From Flavobacteriaceae bacterium (GTDB lineage Bacteria > Bacteroidota > Bacteroidia > Flavobacteriales > Flavobacteriaceae): a stretch of 56,938 nt of DNA. A program made the translations under genes and the position numbers. How positions within the stretch are numbered: the stretch's first letter is position 1; each line of letters begins with the position of its first letter. Shown here in pieces: positions 39,158 to 49,830 of this stretch. The notes beneath the pieces were generated by a model, which was not told where the DNA came from, did not search any database, and saw nothing but the letters and a program-made list of their open reading frames with translations. Location: NCBI GenBank assembly GCA_030829155.1, contig JAURBD010000001.1, positions 1-56,938 of the forward strand. The letters are read 5' to 3'.

Positions 39158-40495
39158 CTATCCACGGTATTGTTTCAATTCTTTTCTTAAAAAATATGCT
39201 GTCACAATTGTAGCTATTATCTCAGCAATTGGGAAGGATATCCAAATTCCAAATTCTCCAAAATATTTAGGCAAAATTAAAATTAACGGGACAAAGAAAA
39301 ATCCCTGCCGAGTAAGGGTCAATAAAAGTGCAGGAATTGCTTTTCCAATAGCTTGAAAATAGGCTGATCCTATTAATTGTATCCCTATAATTGGAGTAGA
39401 TAAAAAAACCCACGTCAAAACTTCTTTTGTTTTTAAAATGATATCGATATCTTGAGTAAATGCACTAGCAATTTGCTGTGAAAAGAACATGATTACCAGA
39501 AAAACAAAAGTTGCCAAAACAGTAGAATATATCAATGCTGTTCGAATAACTTCAAGAACTCTTTCTCTTTTATTTGCCCCATAATTAAACCCTGCAATAG
39601 GAACAAATCCTTGGGTTATACCTAAAATTGGAAATAATGCAAACATGAGCATTCGGCTGATTATTGCATACACTGCAACGGTAGATTCACCTGATAATTC
39701 GAAAAGAATATTATTAACTAAAAGTACGGTTATACTCACAACAGCTTGTCGAGAGAGGGTAACAAATCCAAGAGACCCTATCTCTTTCACAATAGAGAGG
39801 TCAAGAGATAAATCTGAAGCTTTTAAAAATAAATCTGATTTTCCAGAAACAAAAAAATAAAATATGTAAGCCATACATATTCCATAAGATAGTGTTGTGG
39901 CCCAAGCAGCACCCTCGATACCCCAATCAAATAGATAAATAAAAACATAGTCGAGTAACAAATTAGAAATCGAAGGCAACATCATTGCATACATTGCATA
40001 TTTAGGCTTTCCCTCTGAACGAATGATGTTGTTCCCCATCATTGCTAATCCCAAAACAGGAACCCCATATAAAACAATGGTGTAATATATTTTTGCTGGT
40101 GCATACAAGGCGCCTTTCCCTCCAAATATTGGAATTATGGATTCCATAAAAACCAATCCTAATGTCATAAAACTTATGGTGAACAATAAAGTTAGAGTCA
40201 GTTGATTTCCAAAAGTTTTATTGGCTTTAGATTTTTGGGCACTCCCCAAAGCTCTTGAAATAATAGATCCCCCTCCCATTCCGATAGCCATTCCTAAAGC
40301 TGCAATGAAAAAAGAAACTGGAAGAACTACGTTTATTGCTGCTATGGCATTGGGGCCAATCCATTGGCCTACAAAAATAGTATCAATCAAAATATTTAGA
40401 GACATGACCAAAATTCCGATCGAAGCCGGAACTGACTGTCGAAGTAATAATTTACCAATGGGATCGGTACCCATTTGAATTACTTTCTGTTGCAT
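39158..40495 (-). CDS. MATE family efflux transporter
   Basis: ~12 TM helices, DTIFVG, LDYVFI...GIEGAAWAT; start overlaps the hemH stop (TGATG). Confidence 0.93.
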   Translation of the reverse strand: MQQKVIQMGTDPIGKLLLRQSVPASIGILVMSLNILIDTIFVGQWIGPNAIAAINVVLPVSFFIAALGMAIGMGGGSIISRALGSAQKSKANKTFGNQLTLTLLFTISFMTLGLVFMESIIPIFGGKGALYAPAKIYYTIVLYGVPVLGLAMMGNNIIRSEGKPKYAMYAMMLPSISNLLLDYVFIYLFDWGIEGAAWATTLSYGICMAYIFYFFVSGKSDLFLKASDLSLDLSIVKEIGSLGFVTLSRQAVVSITVLLVNNILFELSGESTVAVYAIISRMLMFALFPILGITQGFVPIAGFNYGANKRERVLEVIRTALIYSTVLATFVFLVIMFFSQQIASAFTQDIDIILKTKEVLTWVFLSTPIIGIQLIGSAYFQAIGKAIPALLLTLTRQGFFFVPLILILPKYFGEFGIWISFPIAEIIATIVTAYFLRKELKQYRG

Positions 40496-41523
40496 CAAGA
40501 CTCAACTTCAGCTAAAGCCCATTCATCAATCCACCTACTCATAACACTAATCCATTCTTTACGATCATTTATGCACGGAATTACATGCAATTGTTCACCC
40601 CCTTTTTCCTCAAAATCTTCGGCTGCTTCCATTCCTATTTCTTCCAAAGTTTCTAAACAATCCGAAACAAATGCTGGAGTAACGATTGCCAGTTCTTTGA
40701 TGCCGCTTTTAGCAAAATTGGCAACAGTTCGATCTGTGTATGGTTGTAACCAGGGGTCAACTCCTAATCGAGATTGAAAAGATGTAGAATAAGTCCCTTC
40801 TTTTAACTCTAAATATTCTGCTACCAAACGGGTGGTTTGATAACATTGATGACGATAACAATACTCATGTGCTTTAGAAGCAGTAACACAACATTCTCCA
40901 TTGATTTTACAATGTGATTTTGTTACATCAGATTTTCGAATATGTCTCTCGGGAACTCCGTGATAAGAAAAAAGTAGGTGTTGCCAATTTTTGCCTTTCA
41001 GTCCATCGGATATTGATTCTGACAAAACACGAACATAATCAGGGTGGTTGTAAAAAGCGGGTAAAGAAGTAAACGAAACCTTAGGGAAAAATTCTTTTCT
41101 AAGTTCTTCGGCAAGCACAAGAATTGTCTCAGTTGTTGCCATTGCAAATTGAGGGTACAATGGAATAATGAAAATATCATCAATTCCTTGATCCACTAAT
41201 TCTTGAAGTCCTTTTTTGATGGACATTTTCCCGTATCGCATTGCCAAACCAACGGGGACAGAAACGTTTTCAGAAATTTTACCTCGAAGCCTTTCGGATA
41301 ATACAATCAAAGGTGATCCTTCGTCCCACCATATTTTTTTGTAAGCCTTTGCAGACTGCTTTGGGCGGGTGTTTAAAATAATTCCTTTTACTAAAATAGT
41401 TCGGAATAATTTGGGTAAATCTACTACCCGTTCATCCATTAAAAATTCTCCCAGATACTTTTTAACATCTTTAGGATTTGGGCTATCGGGGGACCCTAAA
41501 TTAACCAGTAAAACTCCTTTCAT
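40495..41523 (-). CDS. hemH: Ferrochelatase
   Basis: LLVNLGSP, AMRYG, PLYPQ, FSYHG.P, FQSR.G, FVSDCLETLEEI. Confidence 0.97.
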   Translation of the reverse strand: MKGVLLVNLGSPDSPNPKDVKKYLGEFLMDERVVDLPKLFRTILVKGIILNTRPKQSAKAYKKIWWDEGSPLIVLSERLRGKISENVSVPVGLAMRYGKMSIKKGLQELVDQGIDDIFIIPLYPQFAMATTETILVLAEELRKEFFPKVSFTSLPAFYNHPDYVRVLSESISDGLKGKNWQHLLFSYHGVPERHIRKSDVTKSHCKINGECCVTASKAHEYCYRHQCYQTTRLVAEYLELKEGTYSTSFQSRLGVDPWLQPYTDRTVANFAKSGIKELAIVTPAFVSDCLETLEEIGMEAAEDFEEKGGEQLHVIPCINDRKEWISVMSRWIDEWALAEVES

Positions 41524-41539
41524 AAATTCTCTTTTTCAT

Positions 41540-41562
41540 ACAGCAGGATAGTCTCCTGCTGT
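41540..41562. other. Intergenic stem-loop between the AraC gene and hemH
   Basis: ACAGCAGGA-tagtc-TCCTGCTGT; no U-tract on the transcribed strand. Confidence 0.55.
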
Positions 41563-41571
41563 TCAGCAATT

Positions 41572-42459
41572 TTACTGCGAAGATAATGACATTAAGTATT
41601 TTTTTGGGGTTGTTCCATACTTCTTTTTAAAAGCAGCAATAAAGTGGCTTGAAGTGCTGTACCCAATTTTTAATCCCACTTCACTCACATTATAATTTTT
41701 TGTTGCTAACATTCTTCGAGCTTCCTCCATTTTATGATCTAAAAGGTAACCGAATACTGTATCACCATATAATTGTTTAAATCCTTCCTTCAACTTATTT
41801 AGACTTAATCCTATTGATTTAGAAAGTTTTTGAAGTGAAGGAGGTTCAGATATGTTCTTGAGAATTAATTCTTTTGCTAATCTAATTTTACGAATATTGT
41901 CTTCATCAATTAGAAATGGGCATTGCTCAATATCAGTGTCTTCATTCTTATTGAAATATAAACTTAAGAGTTCGTATACCTTTCCTTTTAAGTAAAGTGC
42001 TTTCATACTTTCGTGAATATTAGAACTTAATATTTGACTCAGAACCACTGCCATACTGGGACTGACAACGGCATTGTCGTAATATTTTTTTGTACTGTTC
42101 TCTGGACTTAAAAAATGAATGTGATCTGCATCTTGAGAAAACAAGCTGTGAAATTTTTTGATGGAAATCACGATTCCAATAATCCACGTATTGGGTTGTA
42201 ATTTTAAATCAATCGGTAAATCTCTTTGTGGATTATACAACAAAATAGAATGTTCCTCCTTTACATTAAAAACATAATTCCCTGTATTAAACAAAAAATC
42301 ACCTTGCCCTTTCATGCAAAAATGAAACTGAATAAAATTACTGCTAATATCGTGTGATTCGCGACTTATTTGATCCGTATCATTCTGAAGTCGAAACACA
42401 TAAAATCCATCTTCAATTGTAATTCTAGAACTATTACTTTCATCGTTATTTTTTTTCAT
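41572..42459 (-). CDS. AraC family transcriptional regulator (PchR-like)
   Basis: C-terminal double HTH (KLKEGFK.LYG.TVFGYL...VSEVG..IGY...SHF..AFKKKYGTTP). ATG 42459 is preferred because the GTG at 42486 lies inside the palindrome. Confidence 0.92.
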   Translation of the reverse strand: MKKNNDESNSSRITIEDGFYVFRLQNDTDQISRESHDISSNFIQFHFCMKGQGDFLFNTGNYVFNVKEEHSILLYNPQRDLPIDLKLQPNTWIIGIVISIKKFHSLFSQDADHIHFLSPENSTKKYYDNAVVSPSMAVVLSQILSSNIHESMKALYLKGKVYELLSLYFNKNEDTDIEQCPFLIDEDNIRKIRLAKELILKNISEPPSLQKLSKSIGLSLNKLKEGFKQLYGDTVFGYLLDHKMEEARRMLATKNYNVSEVGLKIGYSTSSHFIAAFKKKYGTTPKKYLMSLSSQ

Positions 42460-42473
42460 AATTTTTTTCAATC

Positions 42474-42494
42474 TATTTAGAAACACTCTAAATA
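42474..42494. promoter_or_regulatory. Perfect 8-5-8 palindrome TATTTAGA-aacac-TCTAAATA, putative Fur-like operator
   Basis: Lies between the divergent araC-hemH and hemA operons; resembles the iron-box palindrome I recall upstream of iron genes in flavobacteria. Confidence 0.7.
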
Positions 42495-42641
42495 AAGCCT
42501 ATTAAACAAGGCTCAATGCCTCTATTTTATAGGAACTAGGTGTTTATGGAGTAAAATTAAACTCTTTGCGTTATTATTTATGCTTTTAACGTTACTTTTT
42601 TTGAAATCAGCCCCTTACTTTTGCTAACGATTATACTAATA

Positions 42642-43898
42642 ATGAAAGTTTCGAACAACAAGAAACATTTTTATGCCCTCGGGGTTAGTTATAAAAATGC
42701 CGATCTCAAAACAAGGGGTGATTTCAGCCTTGGTTTAGAACAAAGAGATGCCCTAATTCTAGAGGCAAAAAAAGAAGGTATTAATGAAATTCTTATCAAC
42801 TCGACTTGTAACCGAACTGAACTGTATGCTCATGTTAATCATCCTTCTCAATTAGTCAATTTACTTTGTAAGTACTCACATGGAAGTTTATCTGTATTTG
42901 ATGAGATTGGGTATAGCCTAAAAGACAGTGCTGCAATTCATCATATTTTTAAAGTAGGTACGGGCTTAGACAGTCAAATTCTCGGTGACTTTGAAATCAT
43001 TGGTCAAATGAAACAAAGTTTTTATCGTTCCAAAAAACTAGGAATGATTGAAGGTTTTATGGAACGTCTTGTTAATGCTGTCATTCAAGCAAGTAAGAGA
43101 ATTAAAACTGAAACTAAAATCTCAAGCGGTGCTACTTCTGTAGCTTTTGCTTCTGTTCAATACATCATCAATACCATAGAAAAGATTTCAGAAAAAAATA
43201 TTCTGCTTTTTGGTACTGGCAAGATTGGAAGAAATACTTGTGAGAATTTGATTAAACATACAGAAAATGATCATATTGTTTTGATCAATCGCACCCACGA
43301 AAAAGCTAAAAGCATTGCAGGTAAATTTAATGTTTTGGTTAAAGAATACGGTGAATTACCAACAGAGATCAGAAAAACAGATGTTCTAATCGTTTCTACA
43401 GGTGCACAACAACCTACGATCTCCAAAGATATTATTTACAAAGATTCTCCTTTACTAATTTTAGATTTATCCATCCCCAGTAATGTAAATCCAAACGTTA
43501 AAGAATTGGAACATGTTACGCTTATAAATCTGGACACCCTTTCTCAAATCACTAACAAAACACTACAAGATCGCAGGAAATATATTCCTCAAGCAGAATC
43601 TATTTTAGAAGAGGTAAAAGTTGAGTTTATGGAGTGGTTAGATCACAGACAATACGCCCCTGCTCTGAGAGCATTGAAAGCCAAATTAACTCAGCAACAA
43701 ATTTCTGAAATCAAGACACAAGAAAAAAAAGAAGTTCTTTGTGTTTTTAACTCAGCAACTGCTAACATTTCAGAACAAATGATTCAGAAAATCACAGGTC
43801 AAGTAGCTAATTACCTCAAAGAAAATCCATCCAAAGCTGACAGTACACTTAAAGTAATTAAAGAGGTCTTTCAACTTGACATTGAATCCCATGAATAA
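42642..43898 (+). CDS. hemA: Glutamyl-tRNA reductase
   Basis: STCNRTE, GLDSQILGDFEI.GQ, GTGKIG, INRT; the track's TTG at 42621 is part of TACTTTTG. Confidence 0.96.
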   Translation: MKVSNNKKHFYALGVSYKNADLKTRGDFSLGLEQRDALILEAKKEGINEILINSTCNRTELYAHVNHPSQLVNLLCKYSHGSLSVFDEIGYSLKDSAAIHHIFKVGTGLDSQILGDFEIIGQMKQSFYRSKKLGMIEGFMERLVNAVIQASKRIKTETKISSGATSVAFASVQYIINTIEKISEKNILLFGTGKIGRNTCENLIKHTENDHIVLINRTHEKAKSIAGKFNVLVKEYGELPTEIRKTDVLIVSTGAQQPTISKDIIYKDSPLLILDLSIPSNVNPNVKELEHVTLINLDTLSQITNKTLQDRRKYIPQAESILEEVKVEFMEWLDHRQYAPALRALKAKLTQQQISEIKTQEKKEVLCVFNSATANISEQMIQKITGQVANYLKENPSKADSTLKVIKEVFQLDIESHE

Positions 43899-44799
43899 AG
43901 TAATTCGAATCGGTACCCGAGAAAGCGCCTTGGCATTGTGGCAAGCTCATACCTTTCAAGATTTATTGAATTCCAAAGGCTTTTCAAATGAACTAATCCC
44001 TATTAAAAGTGAAGGTGATTTGGATTTGGTTCAGCCTCTTTATGAAATGGGTACAGTTGGAATTTTTACTAAAACACTAGACACTGCTTTGTTAAACAAT
44101 AGAATCGATCTTGCCATCCATAGCATGAAAGATGTTCCTACGCTTTTACCCAAAGGAATCCAGCAAGCTGCAGTCTTAGAGCGAGGGCCAGTAAAAGATG
44201 TTTTAGTTAAAAAAACGAATGCGTCTTCACTTGAAATTCCTCAAATAATAGCTACAGGTAGTTTAAGAAGAAAAGCACAATGGCTATCCAAATTCCCAAA
44301 TCATAATATTGTACCGCTTAGAGGTAACATACAAACACGCTTGAAAAAGTTAAAAAATGAAGATTGGGATGGAGCAATATTTGCAGAAGCAGCTTTAGTT
44401 CGACTAAAAACAGAAAACGAAAATGTAAACATATTGGATTGGATGATTCCTGCGCCAGCTCAAGGAGCATTGATGATTGTGTGTAAGTCAAAAGACAAAG
44501 CTTTATTGAATGTCATGAAACAGTTCAATCATCTCGAAACTGCTTTATGCACCCAAATTGAAAGAGACTTTTTACGGACCCTCGAAGGGGGATGTACCGC
44601 TCCCATTGGAGCTTTAGCTATTGTTGAAGGAAACAATATTCAGTTTCAAGGAGGTGTTTTTTCTTTGGATGGAAAACGTAAATTTATTATTGATGAAACA
44701 TTCGAAAAATCAACAGAACTAAAAGGAGTAAAACTCGCCAATCAACTACTAAAAAAAGGAGCGGTAGAATTACTTCAAGAATTCAAATCCTCCTCATGA
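43891..44799 (+). CDS. hemC: Hydroxymethylbilane synthase
   Basis: IGTRES.LALWQ, HSMKDVP, LRGNI.TRL, LEGGCTAPIG. Confidence 0.97.
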   Translation: MNKVIRIGTRESALALWQAHTFQDLLNSKGFSNELIPIKSEGDLDLVQPLYEMGTVGIFTKTLDTALLNNRIDLAIHSMKDVPTLLPKGIQQAAVLERGPVKDVLVKKTNASSLEIPQIIATGSLRRKAQWLSKFPNHNIVPLRGNIQTRLKKLKNEDWDGAIFAEAALVRLKTENENVNILDWMIPAPAQGALMIVCKSKDKALLNVMKQFNHLETALCTQIERDFLRTLEGGCTAPIGALAIVEGNNIQFQGGVFSLDGKRKFIIDETFEKSTELKGVKLANQLLKKGAVELLQEFKSSS

Positions 44800-45470
44800 G
44801 CAGTGCAATTCGAATCCTTTCAACAAAAGTACTTTCACAAATTCAAAAAAATAAAATAGTTGGATTTGGATGCAACTATGTGGAACGAAATTTTATCGAA
44901 ATAGAAGCAATTTCATTTAACTATACTGAAGATAAACATACTCTCCTATTTTCAAGTCAAAATGCAGTAAAATCGGTTTTTAAAAATCAGAATTACAAAA
45001 TGATTTTGAGCGATAAAAAATGTTATTGTGTGGGTGAAAAGACCAAAAATCTTTTATCTGAAAATGGGCAAAAAGTGGCTAATTTTGAAGAAAATTCGTC
45101 CAAATTAGCCGATTTTATCGTAAAAAACGCCCAAAATGAGCGATTTTTGTTTTTTTGTGGAAAAGAAAGACGAATCGATTTGGAAGATCAATTGAGTGCC
45201 CACAAAATTCAAATTAAACCTCTTGAAGTTTACCAAACTTTTTTGAAACCAAAAACAGTTGGAGCATTCGACTTTGTTCTATTTTATAGCCCAACTGGAG
45301 TTCGTAGTTTTCTGCAAAACAATAGTCTAAAACAAACAACCTCTATTTGCATTGGTACGACTACAGCTGAAGCCTTAAAAAATAATTCTAGAAAAATCAT
45401 AATTGCCTCCAAACCAACAATAGAGCATATGATTTTTCAAATAAAAAAACAATTACAACATCATGATTAA
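44796..45470 (+). CDS. hemD: Uroporphyrinogen-III synthase
   Basis: FSSQNAV, CVGEKT, EVYQT, FYSPTGV, CIG.TTA; located between hemC and hemE. Confidence 0.9.
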   Translation: MSSAIRILSTKVLSQIQKNKIVGFGCNYVERNFIEIEAISFNYTEDKHTLLFSSQNAVKSVFKNQNYKMILSDKKCYCVGEKTKNLLSENGQKVANFEENSSKLADFIVKNAQNERFLFFCGKERRIDLEDQLSAHKIQIKPLEVYQTFLKPKTVGAFDFVLFYSPTGVRSFLQNNSLKQTTSICIGTTTAEALKNNSRKIIIASKPTIEHMIFQIKKQLQHHD

Positions 45471-46488
45471 AAATGATTTATTTCTCAAAGCCTTAGCAGG
45501 AGAAACGGTTTCTAGACCTCCGGTATGGATGATGCGCCAGGCAGGCAGGTATTTACCAGACTTCATGAAACTAAAAGCAAAGTATGATTTCTTTACACGC
45601 TGCCAAACCCCCGAACTCGCAACAGAAATAACTATAATGCCCATTCGTCAAATTGGCCCCGATGCAGCAATTTTATTCAGTGATATACTTGTTGTTTTAC
45701 AAGCCATGAACATTAAAGTTGAAATGAAACCCGATGTTGGTCCTTGGATTCCAAATCCAATTCGAAATCGAGCTACTCTGGACCAAGTTATTGTTCCCTC
45801 TGCAGAAGAATCTCTGGGTTATGTTCTTGATGCAGTAAAAATGACCAAACAAGAACTCAATAACGAAGTTCCTCTAATTGGTTTTGCAGGATCACCATGG
45901 ACCTTACTTTGTTATGCCATACAAGGACAAGGATCCAAAACCTTTGATAAGGCAAAGGAATTTTGTTTTACAGAACCTGAAATGGCGCATGAATTACTTC
46001 AAAAAATAACAGATACTACCATTGATTATTTGAGAGTCAAAGCATCAACAGGTGTCAATGCATTACAGATATTTGATTCTTGGGGAGGTTTGCTTTCTCC
46101 AGAGGATTACGCACTGTTTTCATGGCCATACATTCAACAAATTGTGACCGCAGTAAAAGACTTGTGTCCGGTAATTGTATTTGGAAAAGGGTGCTGGTTT
46201 GCCCTTCAAGAAATGTCTCAGTCAGGATCTAGCGCACTTGGAGTAGACTGGACTTGTTCTGCTCGCAACGCACGCTATTTGTCGGGTGGAAATATCACCC
46301 TTCAAGGAAACTATGACCCGTCACAGTTGTTATCTCCAATTCCTAAAATTAAATCTGATGTTACAAAAATGATAGATGCCTTTGGCAAAGATCGTTACAT
46401 AGTTAATCTTGGTCATGGGATTTTACCAAACATCCCTGTAAGTCATGCTCAAGCATTTGTGGATGCTGTTAAAGAATATGGAAATTAA
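45463..46488 (+). CDS. hemE: Uroporphyrinogen decarboxylase
   Basis: [26 protein letters not shown]. Confidence 0.98.
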   Translation: MIKNDLFLKALAGETVSRPPVWMMRQAGRYLPDFMKLKAKYDFFTRCQTPELATEITIMPIRQIGPDAAILFSDILVVLQAMNIKVEMKPDVGPWIPNPIRNRATLDQVIVPSAEESLGYVLDAVKMTKQELNNEVPLIGFAGSPWTLLCYAIQGQGSKTFDKAKEFCFTEPEMAHELLQKITDTTIDYLRVKASTGVNALQIFDSWGGLLSPEDYALFSWPYIQQIVTAVKDLCPVIVFGKGCWFALQEMSQSGSSALGVDWTCSARNARYLSGGNITLQGNYDPSQLLSPIPKIKSDVTKMIDAFGKDRYIVNLGHGILPNIPVSHAQAFVDAVKEYGN

Positions 46489-46499
46489 ATCGTTTTTTT

Positions 46500-47402
46500 A
46501 TGAAAAAACTTTTCTATGATTACATTTGCAATCTTCAAGATAAGTTTACTGATGCATTAGAATTAACCGATGGAAAAGAAACTTTTAAGGAGGATATCTG
46601 GGAACGGCCCGAAGGTGGTGGTGGAAGAACACGAGTGATCGAAAATGGAGCTGTTTTTGAAAAAGGAGGTGTAAATATTTCTGGGGTTCATGGAGACCTA
46701 CCGAAGACAATACAAACACACCTCAATGTTAGTCAAGGTTCTTTTTATGCTTGTGGATTGAGCTTGGTTCTTCATCCGAAAAATCCTTTGGTGCCAACTG
46801 TACATGCAAATTGGCGTTATTTTGAAATGTATGATCTCGAGGGAAATACCATAGATCAATGGTTTGGTGGAGGATTGGATTTAACACCCTACTATTTGTT
46901 TGAAGAAGATGCAGTTCACTTTCATAAAGTTTGTAAAGACAGTTGCGATCGACATGATCCAAATTTTTATGAAGGCTACAAAAAAAAATGTGACGAGTAT
47001 TTTTGGAATTCTCACAGAAATGAAGCCCGCGGTCTTGGAGGACTGTTCTTTGATTATTTAAAACCAATGCCACAAAAAAACCTAGATCAATGGTATTCTT
47101 TTGTAACCGATGTTGCTAATAATTTTCTTAATGCATACCTCCCCATTTTGAATCGGAGAAAAAATCTCCCCTTCACCGAGGATCAAAAAGAATGGCAAGA
47201 AATAAGAAGAGGTCGTTATGTAGAATTTAATTTAGTTCACGATAAGGGCACCCTATTTGGGTTAAAAACAAACGGTAGAATAGAGAGTATTTTGATGAGT
47301 TTACCGCCTAAAGTTCAGTGGCGTTATGATTATACTCCCAAAAAAGATTCTCAAGAGTCCAAATTAATGGAGGTACTCAAAAAGCCTAGAAAATGGGTTT
47401 AA
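46500..47402 (+). CDS. hemF: Oxygen-dependent coproporphyrinogen III oxidase
   Basis: EKGGVN.S, WFGGG.DLTP, RRGRYVEFNL, GR.ESILMSLP. Confidence 0.97.
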   Translation: MKKLFYDYICNLQDKFTDALELTDGKETFKEDIWERPEGGGGRTRVIENGAVFEKGGVNISGVHGDLPKTIQTHLNVSQGSFYACGLSLVLHPKNPLVPTVHANWRYFEMYDLEGNTIDQWFGGGLDLTPYYLFEEDAVHFHKVCKDSCDRHDPNFYEGYKKKCDEYFWNSHRNEARGLGGLFFDYLKPMPQKNLDQWYSFVTDVANNFLNAYLPILNRRKNLPFTEDQKEWQEIRRGRYVEFNLVHDKGTLFGLKTNGRIESILMSLPPKVQWRYDYTPKKDSQESKLMEVLKKPRKWV

Positions 47403-47459
47403 TCAAGTTTATATACGATGTTTTTACTATTTTAACCCTGAGAAACAAAACACCGAAAC

Positions 47460-48761
47460 ATGAATACATTATCGATTTTAATTGTTTTACCTCTTTTGGT
47501 GGTGTTTTCCTATATTTTCGATGCTATTGCAAGAAAGACAAAATTTCCTTCAGTTATATTGTTGATGTTTACAGGGATAATTGTCCGAGTCGGGACCAAT
47601 TTGTACGGTTTCACAGAGTTTGAATTCTTGGATCAACTGATTCCTGTTTTAGGGACTGTTGGTTTAATTCTTATTGTACTAGAAGGGGCTCTAGAATTAG
47701 ACATCAAAAAAGAAAAGCTTCCTGTTATCTTGAAAGGGTTCTTTGCTGCAGCTTTCATTTTGATTTTAAATATTATCGCTGTGGCATGGGTTCTAGAAAA
47801 CTTACTTAACATGGAACACAAAACAGCTGTAATTTTTGCAATTCCCTTAGCAATAATTAGTAGCGCAGTGGCAATTCCATCAGCAGCTGGTTTATTGGAT
47901 CACGAAAAAGAATTTGTGGTTTATGAATCTACTTTCTCTGATATTTTGGGAATCATGATTTTCAATTACGCAATTCGCCAATTTGAATCCAATCTGGATT
48001 TAATTAGTCCCGAATCTATGATATCACTTGGTTTACAAATCATCGGAGTTATTGTGGTATCGTTATTCATAACCTACCTCCTTTTTCAGCTACTTCAAAA
48101 AATTGAACATCATGTAAAATTCTTTTTGATCCTAGCCTTACTTGTTTTGGTCTATGCTTTCGGTAAGCTCTTCCATCTGCCTGCTTTGGTTACTATTTTT
48201 ATTTTTGGACTGTTTTTAAGTAATGTTCAAGTTCTACTTCCTGGTTTTATGAAAAAATATTTAGATCTAAATCAAACCGAAAAGGGACTACACGAATTTC
48301 ATATACTTACAGCAGAATCGACTTTTTTAGTTAAAACATTCTTTTTTTTATTTTTTGGTTTTTCGATTAGCTTAACTCAATTTAATTCTCTTAATCCTTT
48401 TTTGATTGGGTTGATGATTTTTATAATAATGTTGATAATACGCTACATTTATTTTACGGTTTCTACCTTCAAAATAATCCCCTCTGCTCTTGTTTACATA
48501 TCTCCTCGTGGCTTGATCAGCATACTTTTGTTCTTACAAATCAAAGAAGTTAAGTTTATCGATCTTTCCAAAACAATAATTGATGAACGAGTTTTACTAG
48601 TTGTTATCTTGCTATCCATGATGATTATGACCCTTGGGACTATGAAAAAAACAGTAGATAAAGATGAGACTGACTTTTTAGAAAATACAGAAGAAGCAAA
48701 TACAAATTCTCTCGATAAATTCTTAGATGAAATTGCAAATGAAAAAGATGACCTTACCTAA
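47460..48761 (+). CDS. Cation:proton antiporter (CPA/NhaP-like)
   Basis: ~12 TM helices, ISSAVAIPS, YESTFSDILG, FFFLFFG, PRGLI. Confidence 0.82.
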   Translation: MNTLSILIVLPLLVVFSYIFDAIARKTKFPSVILLMFTGIIVRVGTNLYGFTEFEFLDQLIPVLGTVGLILIVLEGALELDIKKEKLPVILKGFFAAAFILILNIIAVAWVLENLLNMEHKTAVIFAIPLAIISSAVAIPSAAGLLDHEKEFVVYESTFSDILGIMIFNYAIRQFESNLDLISPESMISLGLQIIGVIVVSLFITYLLFQLLQKIEHHVKFFLILALLVLVYAFGKLFHLPALVTIFIFGLFLSNVQVLLPGFMKKYLDLNQTEKGLHEFHILTAESTFLVKTFFFLFFGFSISLTQFNSLNPFLIGLMIFIIMLIIRYIYFTVSTFKIIPSALVYISPRGLISILLFLQIKEVKFIDLSKTIIDERVLLVVILLSMMIMTLGTMKKTVDKDETDFLENTEEANTNSLDKFLDEIANEKDDLT

Positions 48762-48772
48762 ATTACAACACT

Positions 48773-49747
48773 ATGTATCCTATAAAAAGAAATAGACGAT
48801 TAAGAAGTTCAGAAGCTCTCAGATCTTTAGTTAGAGAACAAATAATTACTCCCAATGACTTTATCGTGCCTCTTTTTATTATCGAAGGAAAAGATATAAA
48901 AGAAGAAATTCCCTCCATGCCTGACTATTACCGAATGAGTTTGGATCATACCAAAAAAGAAGTCTTGGAACTTTGGAACATGGGATTAAAGTCTGTACTG
49001 TTGTTTGTTAAAGTCCCTGAGGCATTAAAAGATAATAAAGGAACAGAAGCCATCAATCCAAAAGGATTGATGCAAAGAGCAATTTCGGCCATAAAAGAAG
49101 CTACGCCTGAGATGATTGTAATGACAGATGTTGCGCTGGATCCTTATTCTTCTTTTGGCCATGACGGAATTGTTGAAAATAATCAGATACTAAATGACAC
49201 AACTGTTGAAGTTCTTGCTCAAATGGCATTATCTCATGCACAAGCAGGTGCAGACATTATTGCTCCCAGTGATATGATGGATGGAAGGATTTTAGCCATT
49301 CGAACTCTTCTTGAGCAAGAAAAATTTCACAATACAGGAATCCTTAGCTACAGTGCCAAATATGCTTCTGGATTTTACGGCCCTTTCCGATCGGCTCTAG
49401 ATTCTGCGCCCGGTTTTGGAGATAAAAAAACCTATCAAATGGATTTTCATAATCGAAAAGAAGCTCTGACAGAGACAAAATTAGATATTGAGGAAGGTGC
49501 AGATATCGTAATGGTAAAACCCGGTTTATCATACTTGGATATTATTCGTGATTTGAGCAACCAAATTGAAATTCCAATTGCTGCCTACCAAGTTAGTGGT
49601 GAATACGCAATGCTCAAAGCTGCAAGCCAAAATGGTTGGATTGATTACGATACTGTACTTTATGAACAACTTGTTTCATTTAAACGTGCGGGTGCATCGC
49701 TTATTGCAACCTATTGCTCAAAAGATGCAGTTCGTATTCTGAAATAA
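48773..49747 (+). CDS. hemB: Porphobilinogen synthase
   Basis: DVALDPYSSFGHDG (Asp-rich, Zn-independent type), PSDMMDGR, MVKPG, AYQVSGEYAM. Confidence 0.97.
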   Translation: MYPIKRNRRLRSSEALRSLVREQIITPNDFIVPLFIIEGKDIKEEIPSMPDYYRMSLDHTKKEVLELWNMGLKSVLLFVKVPEALKDNKGTEAINPKGLMQRAISAIKEATPEMIVMTDVALDPYSSFGHDGIVENNQILNDTTVEVLAQMALSHAQAGADIIAPSDMMDGRILAIRTLLEQEKFHNTGILSYSAKYASGFYGPFRSALDSAPGFGDKKTYQMDFHNRKEALTETKLDIEEGADIVMVKPGLSYLDIIRDLSNQIEIPIAAYQVSGEYAMLKAASQNGWIDYDTVLYEQLVSFKRAGASLIATYCSKDAVRILK

Positions 49748-49830
49748 TATCTTTAACTTTAAGTATTAGTTTTATTGGAACAGATGTCATATATGATTAT
49801 GTTGAACCATCAATTCGATTAACTTCAAAA

